Of a DNA stretch of 64,000 nt, positions 57,725 to 64,000 are shown one piece after another (positions within the stretch are counted from its first letter, which is position 1; each line of letters starts with the position of its first letter). The position numbers were made by a program, and so were the translations under genes. Source of the stretch: Gemmatimonadota bacterium. GTDB taxonomy: Bacteria; Gemmatimonadota; Gemmatimonadetes; JACCXV01; JAHWKZ01. Where the stretch lies: contig DASTFF010000017.1 in assembly GCA_035708865.1 (NCBI GenBank), forward strand, positions 5,952-69,951, given 5' to 3'. The notes beneath the pieces are model-generated. The model saw only the letters and a program-made list of their open reading frames with translations, ran no database searches and was not told the origin of the DNA.

Positions 57725-58512
57725 GATCTCTGTTGTCCCTGCTCGTTCTGCTGGTGTCCCTGGCGGGTCCGGCGCTTTCCCAGGGGGTGAGCGAGGGGCG
57801 CGTCCGGGAGGGGATCGACGACGCCGTCGACGGACTGGGTCAGGCGCTCGGCGGCGGGAGCGCGCTGACCGGACCGGCCGAAACGACCGGCGGGCTGGGC
57901 GCGTTCCGGCTGAACGCCGCCCTCGGCCTCAGCGAGGCCGAGATCGAGGACCCGCGGCGTCCTTCCGGCCGCGTCGACGTCGCGATCCCGGTCGGGGCCG
58001 TGAACGGCGCGGTCGGCGTGACCCGGGCGCTCGACCTCCTGGGGAAGGCGGGGGCGGTCGCGGCGGGCGACGACTACGAAGCGGTCGCCCTCGAGCTCGG
58101 CCTGGGGGTCCGGTACGCCATCCTTCCCGGCGGCTTGACGCTCCCCGCCGTGAGCGCGTCCCTCTGGCGGACCTGGGTCGACGGGCTCGAGTATGGCGAC
58201 CTCACCGGAGACGAGATCGCCTTCGACGCCGACGTCGTCACCTGGTCGGCCCGTGTGGACGCCTCCAAGTCGTTCGGCGTCCTGGCGCCCTATGTCGGGG
58301 CAGGCTTCGATCGGACCGGGGTCGACGCGCGCTACCGGATCCCGGCCGGCTCGTCGACCGGCGGCGAGACGATCGAGGGGTCGATCGACGCCAGCGGGAG
58401 CCAGGCCAAGGCGTATGCCGGACTCGAGCTGAACCTGCTCGTCCTCCGCGCCAGCGCCGAGGTGGGGCGCGGATCGTCGGGGACCTTCGTCGGCGTGGCG
58501 CTCGGCTTTTGA
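57715..58512 (+). CDS. Probable outer-membrane beta-barrel protein
   Basis: GTG 57715; signal peptide; alternating beta-strand pattern; C-terminal Phe (VGVALGF). Confidence 0.7.
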   Translation: MGLRSLLSLLVLLVSLAGPALSQGVSEGRVREGIDDAVDGLGQALGGGSALTGPAETTGGLGAFRLNAALGLSEAEIEDPRRPSGRVDVAIPVGAVNGAVGVTRALDLLGKAGAVAAGDDYEAVALELGLGVRYAILPGGLTLPAVSASLWRTWVDGLEYGDLTGDEIAFDADVVTWSARVDASKSFGVLAPYVGAGFDRTGVDARYRIPAGSSTGGETIEGSIDASGSQAKAYAGLELNLLVLRASAEVGRGSSGTFVGVALGF

Positions 58513-59639
58513 CCGGCCTCGAGCACGGCCCGCTCATGCGGCGGGCCCTCGAGCTGGCCGAGCGCGGCGGTGGAAGAACGGCCCCCAACCCGATGGTGGG
58601 GTGCGTCCTCGTGACGTCCGACGGGACGGTGATCGGCGAGGGGTATCACCGCCAGGCCGGCGGCCCTCACGCCGAGGTGGTGGCGCTCGAGGCCGCCCGG
58701 GCGGGTGGCCACGATCCGGCCGGCGCCACTGCGGTGGTCACGCTCGAGCCCTGCGACGCCCACAACCGGACGCCCCCCTGCACGGTCGCGCTCCTCGAGG
58801 CCGGCGTGGCCGAGGTCGTCTACGCGCTCTCCGATCCGCACATCGGGAAGGGGGGCGCCGAGCGCCTGCGCGCGGGCGGCGTCCTAGTCACGGGCGGCGT
58901 CCTCGAGGCCGAGGCCAGGCGGCTCCTCGAGCCCTGGCTCCACTTCGTCACGACCGGCCGCCCCCACTTCCACGTCAAAACGGCCCAGACCCTGAACGGA
59001 CGGGTGACGCGCGGACGTGAAGGGGAGCCCTGGATCACCGGTCCCGAGGCGCGGCGCCTGGTCCACCGGCTCAGACGGCGGTCCGCTGCCGTCATGGTCG
59101 GGTCGGGCACCGTCCTGGCCGACGATCCGCTTCTCACCGTCCGCGACTGGCCGCCGCAGGAGGAGGCGGAAGAGTGGCCCGAGGTCCAGCCGGTGCGGGT
59201 CGTCCTCGACACGCGCCTCCGGACCCCGCTCGACGCCCGGCTGGTCGTCACGGCCGGCGTCCTGCCCCTCTGGATCCTCGCGGGCGAGGATGCGCCCGCC
59301 GAGCGCGAGCGGGAGCTCGCCGGCCGCGGCGCCGAGGTGATCCGGGTGGCGACGGGCCGGACGGGCCTGGACCTGGCCGCCGTCGCCGACGAGCTCGCGC
59401 GTCGTGAGATCACCGGCCTCCTGGTCGAGGCCGGTCCGACCCTCGCGACCGCGCTCCTGGAGGCGGGTCTCGTGGACCGCTGGACGATGCTCCTGGCGCC
59501 CGACTGGGTGACCCGCAAGGGAGCGCTCCCCGTTCTCCTCACCGACGCGCCGTACGTCGGGTTCGAGCTCGTCGAGCCGGAGTGGTCGATTCACGGGCCG
59601 GACGCCGCGGTCACGGGGCAGGTGCGACGGGCGGGATAG
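58509..59639 (+). CDS. ribD: Riboflavin biosynthesis deaminase/reductase
   Basis: PNPMVG, HAE, TLEPC..HNRTPPC, DDP.LT.R, R.VLD.RLR, LVEAG. Start TTG 58509 (overlap) or ATG 58536. Confidence 0.94.
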   Translation: MTGLEHGPLMRRALELAERGGGRTAPNPMVGCVLVTSDGTVIGEGYHRQAGGPHAEVVALEAARAGGHDPAGATAVVTLEPCDAHNRTPPCTVALLEAGVAEVVYALSDPHIGKGGAERLRAGGVLVTGGVLEAEARRLLEPWLHFVTTGRPHFHVKTAQTLNGRVTRGREGEPWITGPEARRLVHRLRRRSAAVMVGSGTVLADDPLLTVRDWPPQEEAEEWPEVQPVRVVLDTRLRTPLDARLVVTAGVLPLWILAGEDAPAERERELAGRGAEVIRVATGRTGLDLAAVADELARREITGLLVEAGPTLATALLEAGLVDRWTMLLAPDWVTRKGALPVLLTDAPYVGFELVEPEWSIHGPDAAVTGQVRRAG

Positions 59640-59663
59640 GCTCGGCTGCTTACCTTTCCCTTC

Positions 59664-60254
59664 ATGTTCACCGGCCTGATCGAAGCCGTCGGGACCGTGC
59701 GCGGCACCGAGCCCCTCGGCGAAGGCGTGCGCCTCTCGATCGTCGCGCCGTTCGCCGCCGAGCTCGGGATCGGCGAGTCGGTGGCGGTCGACGGAGTTTG
59801 CCTGACCGTCGTCGAGCGCGGGGCCGGTGCGTTCGCGGTCGAGGCCGTTCGCGAGACGGTCGCCCGGACCACGGTCGGAGGCTGGGAGACCGGGAAGAGG
59901 GTCAACCTGGAGCGCGCGCTGGCGGTCGGGGACCGGCTGGGAGGCCACTTCGTGCAGGGCCACGTGGACGGCGTGGCGACCGTGCAAGCGATTGAACGGC
60001 AAGGGGAGAACCGGTACATTGACCTGTCGCTCCCGGAGGCGGGAAAGCCCTTCGTGGCGGAGCGGGGATCGATCGCCGTGAACGGGGTCAGCCTGACCGT
60101 CCTGGCCTTGACTCCGGACAGGGTCCGGGTCTCGATCGTCCCTCACACGTGGGCGGCGACCGCCTTTCCGGAGCTCGTCGCCGAAGACCCCGTGAATGTG
60201 GAGTACGACCTGATCGCACGATACCTGAAGCGCCTGATCGAGGCCCGGCCATGA
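59664..60254 (+). CDS. ribE: Riboflavin synthase
   Basis: [55 protein letters not shown]. Confidence 0.96.
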   Translation: MFTGLIEAVGTVRGTEPLGEGVRLSIVAPFAAELGIGESVAVDGVCLTVVERGAGAFAVEAVRETVARTTVGGWETGKRVNLERALAVGDRLGGHFVQGHVDGVATVQAIERQGENRYIDLSLPEAGKPFVAERGSIAVNGVSLTVLALTPDRVRVSIVPHTWAATAFPELVAEDPVNVEYDLIARYLKRLIEARP

Positions 60255-61465
60255 TCCAGCCCGTCACGTTCACGCCCATCGAGGAGGCCCTCGCGGCGAT
60301 CCGCCGGGGGGAGATCCTGATCGTCGTCGACGACGAGGACCGCGAGAACGAGGGCGACTTCGTCATGGCCGCCGACGTGGTCACTCCCGAGGCGATCAAC
60401 TTCATGGCGCGTCACGGTCGCGGGCTGATCTGCGCGCCGATCAGCGGCGAGCGGGCGCGCGAGCTGCGTCTGGACCTCATGGTCACCGACAACACGGCGC
60501 TCCACGAGACGGCATTCACGGTCTCGGTGGACGCCCGGCACGGGACGACGACGGGAATCAGCGCAGGCGACCGCGCGGCCACCGTGCGGGCCCTGGTGGA
60601 TCCGGAGACCCATCCGGCCGATCTGGCGCGCCCCGGGCACGTGTTCCCGCTGCGTGCCAAGGAAGGCGGCGTTCTGCGGCGGGCCGGCCACACCGAGGCC
60701 GCGGTGGACCTGGCGCGGCTGGCCGGGCTGGCGCCGGTGGCGGTCCTGTGCGAGGTCGTCGACGACGACGGCTCGATGGCGCGCCTGCCGAGGCTCCTGG
60801 AGATCGCGCGTCAGCACAGGCTCGCGATCATCACGATCGAGGACCTGATCCTGTACCGGCGCCTCAAGGAGAAGCTCGTCGTGCGGTTGGCCGAGACCCC
60901 CCTCCCGACCCAGTATGGGGATTTCCGGCTCATCCTCTACGGCACGACGATCAACGACGAGCATCACGTGGCGCTCGTGCGCGGACGGGTCGAGGGGAAG
61001 GAGGACGTGCTGGTCCGGGTCCACTCGTCCTGCTTCACCGGGGACGTCCTGGGGAGCCTCCGCTGCGACTGCGGGGATCAGCTCCACCAGGCGATGCGCC
61101 AGGTCGCCGAAGCAGGCGAAGGAGTCGTCCTCTACATGCACCAGGAAGGACGCGGCATCGGCCTGGTCAACAAGCTCAAGGCATACATGCTGCAGGATCA
61201 GGGGCTGGACACGGTCGAGGCGAACGAGCACCTGGGCTTCCGGCCGGACCCGCGGGACTACGGCATCGGCTGCCAGATTCTGGTCGACCTGGGGCTCTCG
61301 ACGCTGCGCCTGCTGACCAACAACCCCCGTAAGCGCGCGGCGATCGAAGGGTACGGCCTCAGGATCACCGAACACGTGCCGATCGAGGTCGAGCCGACCG
61401 ACCACAACCGCCGCTACCTGGAGACGAAGCGCGACAAGCTCGGCCACTCGCTGGGACGGCGATGA
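60251..61465 (+). CDS. ribBA: Bifunctional DHBP synthase / GTP cyclohydrolase II
   Basis: [69 protein letters not shown]. Confidence 0.97.
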   Translation: MIQPVTFTPIEEALAAIRRGEILIVVDDEDRENEGDFVMAADVVTPEAINFMARHGRGLICAPISGERARELRLDLMVTDNTALHETAFTVSVDARHGTTTGISAGDRAATVRALVDPETHPADLARPGHVFPLRAKEGGVLRRAGHTEAAVDLARLAGLAPVAVLCEVVDDDGSMARLPRLLEIARQHRLAIITIEDLILYRRLKEKLVVRLAETPLPTQYGDFRLILYGTTINDEHHVALVRGRVEGKEDVLVRVHSSCFTGDVLGSLRCDCGDQLHQAMRQVAEAGEGVVLYMHQEGRGIGLVNKLKAYMLQDQGLDTVEANEHLGFRPDPRDYGIGCQILVDLGLSTLRLLTNNPRKRAAIEGYGLRITEHVPIEVEPTDHNRRYLETKRDKLGHSLGRR

Positions 61466-61498
61466 GGCGACGCGGCGCCCAACGGACAATGACGGACC

Positions 61499-62008
61499 AT
61501 GCCCGGTAAAGGAACCCCCCTTGCCGCCGACGGGCGCGGCAAGCGCGCGGTGCTCGTGGTGGCGCGCTTCCACGCGGAGATCGCCGACCGGCTCGTGGCG
61601 GGCGCCCGGGCGGCGCTGGTCGACGCCGGCGTCGAGGATTCCGACATCGACGAGTTCGGGGTGGCCGGCGCCTTCGAGCTGGCCCCCGCCATCCGCCAGA
61701 TCCTCGGGCTGGACCCCGTCCCGGATCTGGTGATCGCGCTAGGCGCCGTGATCCGGGGCGAGACCCCGCACTTCGACTTCATCGCCGGTGCGGCGGCGGA
61801 GGCGATCCAGACGCTCGCCGTGGACGCCAACGTCGCGATCGGCTTCGGGGTGCTGACGACCGAGACGGTCGAGCAGGCGCTCGCGCGGTCCGACCCTGAC
61901 GGCCCGGATAAGGGCGGGGAAGCCGCCCGGGCGGCCCTCGCCCAGGCGGACCTGTACGAGCGGCTGCGGGACCACCGCTCGCCGGTCCGCGGGTTCCGCG
62001 TCTCATGA
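61499..62008 (+). CDS. ribH: Lumazine synthase
   Basis: VVARF, VAGAFEL, ALGAVIRGETPHFDFI, FGVLTT, KG.EAA. Confidence 0.95.
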   Translation: MPGKGTPLAADGRGKRAVLVVARFHAEIADRLVAGARAALVDAGVEDSDIDEFGVAGAFELAPAIRQILGLDPVPDLVIALGAVIRGETPHFDFIAGAAAEAIQTLAVDANVAIGFGVLTTETVEQALARSDPDGPDKGGEAARAALAQADLYERLRDHRSPVRGFRVS

Positions 62009-62427
62009 GGCGCCGCCACAAGGCACGGCGGTGGGTCCTCCAGATCCTGTACGCGTGGGAGGTGCGTGACCGGCCGGGCCGGCTCGCGGACGAGGCGGCG
62101 GCGTTCTTCGAGCGCCGCCGGATCGGTCCCGAGACACGCGGCTTCGCCGAGGAGCTGATCGGCGTGCTGGACGCCCATCTGGACGAGATCGACCGCCTCC
62201 TCGGGGAGAGCGCGGAGAACTGGGACCCGGTCCGGATGTCGATCGTCGACCGCAACGTGCTGCGGATCGGCCTGGCCGAGATGCTGCATCTTCCGGACGT
62301 CCCGTTCAAAGTCTCCATCGACGAGGCGGTGACGCTGGCCCAGCGCTACGGCGGCGCGGACTCCCCGCGCTTTGTCAACGGCGTCCTGGACGCCGCGGCC
62401 CACCGGCTCGACCTGATCCCTTCCTGA
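62005..62427 (+). CDS. nusB: Transcription antitermination factor NusB
   Basis: MRRRHKARR..LQILY, W...RM.IVDR..LR, VP.KVSIDEAV.LA..YG..DS..FVNGVLD. Confidence 0.95.
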   Translation: MRRRHKARRWVLQILYAWEVRDRPGRLADEAAAFFERRRIGPETRGFAEELIGVLDAHLDEIDRLLGESAENWDPVRMSIVDRNVLRIGLAEMLHLPDVPFKVSIDEAVTLAQRYGGADSPRFVNGVLDAAAHRLDLIPS

Positions 62428-62452
62428 GAGGGGAGAGGTCCCCCTCCCCTCC

Positions 62453-63220
62453 GTGCTGATCGGGATCCTCGCCGACGTCCACGCCAACCTGCAGGCGCTC
62501 GAGGCCGTGCTGGCCTGGCTCGACGCCCGGCGGGTCGACGACCTGGTGTGCCTGGGCGACGTGGTGGGGTATGGAGGCGATCCGGAGCGGTGCGTGGAGA
62601 TCGTGCGCGAGCGCTGCTCGGTGACCGTGCGCGGAAACCACGATCACGCGGTCTTCGATCCGGGCCTGCGAAAGGATTTCAACGATCACGCCCGGCGCGC
62701 GGTGGAGCGGCACGCCGAGATCCTCGGAGAGGCGGAGGTCGCCTGGCTGCGGTCGCTGCCCGCGGTCCTCACGCGTGAAGGTCTGGCGCTGGGCCATGCC
62801 GCGTTCACCGACCCGGAGGCCTACCCGTACGTCACCGACTCGACGATCGCCGCGGCCGAGCTGGCGGCCATGCCGGGCCGGATCGGCTTCATCGGCCACA
62901 CGCACGTGCCGGCAATCTTCCGCGCGGTTGGCGAGGACCAGGCGGAACAGGCGGCTCCGGCCTCCTGGACCCAGTCGTCGATGCGGGGCTCGATGGAGGT
63001 GAGCGTCCGGCTGGAAGGACCGCACCGCTTCCTGGTCAACCCGGGCTCCGTCGGTCAGCCGCGCGACCGCGATCCGCGGGCGGCCTGCGCCGCCTTCGAC
63101 CCCATCGCCGAAATCCTGGTGCTGGCGCGGATCCCGTACGACGTCCCGGCGGCCCAGCGGGCGATCCTCGACCGCCGCATGCCCGACTTCGAGGCGAGCC
63201 GGCTGGCGTACGGGATGTGA
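62453..63220 (+). CDS. Metallophosphoesterase family protein
   Basis: ADVHAN, GDVVGYG, GNHD, GHTH, NPGSVGQPRD. Confidence 0.92.
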   Translation: MLIGILADVHANLQALEAVLAWLDARRVDDLVCLGDVVGYGGDPERCVEIVRERCSVTVRGNHDHAVFDPGLRKDFNDHARRAVERHAEILGEAEVAWLRSLPAVLTREGLALGHAAFTDPEAYPYVTDSTIAAAELAAMPGRIGFIGHTHVPAIFRAVGEDQAEQAAPASWTQSSMRGSMEVSVRLEGPHRFLVNPGSVGQPRDRDPRAACAAFDPIAEILVLARIPYDVPAAQRAILDRRMPDFEASRLAYGM

Positions 63221-63987
63221 CGGGTCCGGACGGGACCTGGGACCGGTTCTGGTCAGGGAAGGACGATCTGGACCGGGTCTACCGCTCGAGCCCGCGGGTG
63301 CTCGAGGCGGTGCTGGAGGCGCTGACGGCGCCCGGGCGGCGGGTCCTCGAGATCGGCGCCGGCACGGGCCGCGACACGGCCGAGCTCGCGCGGCGGGGCC
63401 ATCACGCGGTCGCGCTGGACGCATCCCCGGAGGCGTGGCGGCTGGCCGGCAGGGCGGAGCCCTCGCTCCGCGGGCGCGGGCTGGTGGGCGGCGACGCCCT
63501 CCATCTGCCGTTTCCCGACCGGACGTTCGACGCGATCTTCCACCAGGGAGTCCTCGAGCACTTCGGGAACCCCTCCGCCTTCCTGGCCGAGAATCTCCGG
63601 GTCACCCGGCCCGGCGGCGTGCTGGTCGTCGACGTGCCGCAGACCTTTCACCCGTGGACGGCGCTCAAGCGGGCGGCTCTCCGCGCGGACCGATGGTTCG
63701 CGGGATGGGAGACCGACTTCACCATCGGGGAGCTGGAGCGCCTGGTGAGAGGGGCGGGGTGGGAGCTCCGGTCGTCCTACGGCGACTGGATGGTCCCGAG
63801 CCTGGCCTACCGCCTGGTCCGGGAAGCTGCCGGGCGGGCCGGCGTGGAGCTTCCGCTCGAGCCCGGCGGACCGCGATCGCTCGCGGCCGCCCGGCGCGCG
63901 CTTCGCGAGCGGCTCCTGGCGCCGCGAGCGTCCCGCTGGGTCGCGCACACCATCGGCGTCGTCGCCCGGCGCCCGGAGACCGGCTGA
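63217..63987 (+). CDS. Class I SAM-dependent methyltransferase (Methyltransf_11-like)
   Basis: VLEIGAGTG, ALDAS, GDALHLPFPDRTFD, GVLEHF, RVTRPGG. Confidence 0.88.
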   Translation: MTGPDGTWDRFWSGKDDLDRVYRSSPRVLEAVLEALTAPGRRVLEIGAGTGRDTAELARRGHHAVALDASPEAWRLAGRAEPSLRGRGLVGGDALHLPFPDRTFDAIFHQGVLEHFGNPSAFLAENLRVTRPGGVLVVDVPQTFHPWTALKRAALRADRWFAGWETDFTIGELERLVRGAGWELRSSYGDWMVPSLAYRLVREAAGRAGVELPLEPGGPRSLAAARRALRERLLAPRASRWVAHTIGVVARRPETG

Positions 63988-63988
63988 C

Positions 63989-64000
63989 GTGCGGATCCTC
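63989..64000 (+). other. Probable start of the next CDS (GTG, MRIL...), cut by the window end
   Basis: GTG one base after the previous stop; only four codons visible. Confidence 0.35.

Noticed and set aside
1-64000. Very long antisense or off-frame ORFs in the track (e.g. 4544-6607 -, 18362-20629 +, 27000-29132 -, 40695-43466 + upstream part)
   Set aside because: Shadow ORFs expected at ~70% GC: Arg/Pro/Gly/Ala-rich, no motifs, and they mirror well-supported genes.
1-64000. tRNA, rRNA, tmRNA, IS elements, integrases, prophage or defence genes
   Set aside because: No intergenic space or motifs supporting any were seen; gaps are under ~270 bp and lack cloverleaf/T-loop signatures.

Overview
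64 kb of very GC-rich bacterial chromosome, mostly core genome. The gene repertoire (S8 protease with FlgD-Ig tail, HEAT-repeat/HD-GYP pair, small-type purSQL, six-domain S1, OM beta-barrel) suggests a diderm of the Gemmatimonadota/FCB type; this is inference, not a database result. Layout: (1) 1-4.7 kb is a less GC-rich accessory patch (SRPBCC, alpha/beta-hydrolase, epoxide hydrolase, cupin, VOC) with three broken gene remnants, including a MOBP relaxase fragment. (2) 4.8-13.2 kb: bactofilin, Zn-ribbon protein, a 567-aa unknown with a cryptic GNAT-like core, GT87, era, Trm112, rnr. (3) 13.2-21.5 kb (- strand): truA-degP-purCSQLF plus a lone globin-like gene. (4) 21.6-29.9 kb: a trp cluster interrupted by an antisense lexA and by a HEAT-repeat + HD-GYP module between trpB and trpA. 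(5) 30-64 kb, all + strand: Endo IV-like TIM barrel, S8 protease, folBK, panBC, truncated glmU, yqeK, LytR_C, DksA-like, corA, M14 peptidase, cmk-rpsA, LpoA-like lipoprotein, propionyl-CoA carboxylase/methylmalonyl-CoA mutase genes, argS, purM, ribD-E-BA-H-nusB. No rRNA, tRNA, CRISPR array or intact mobile element was seen. Best leads: the HEAT/HD-GYP module with a shared N-terminal domain inside the trp operon; lexA nested antisense in trp with a direct-repeat operator candidate; an Endo IV-like protein ending in a clamp-binding-like motif; and the cryptic GNAT-like protein. All family assignments are from motif recognition by eye.
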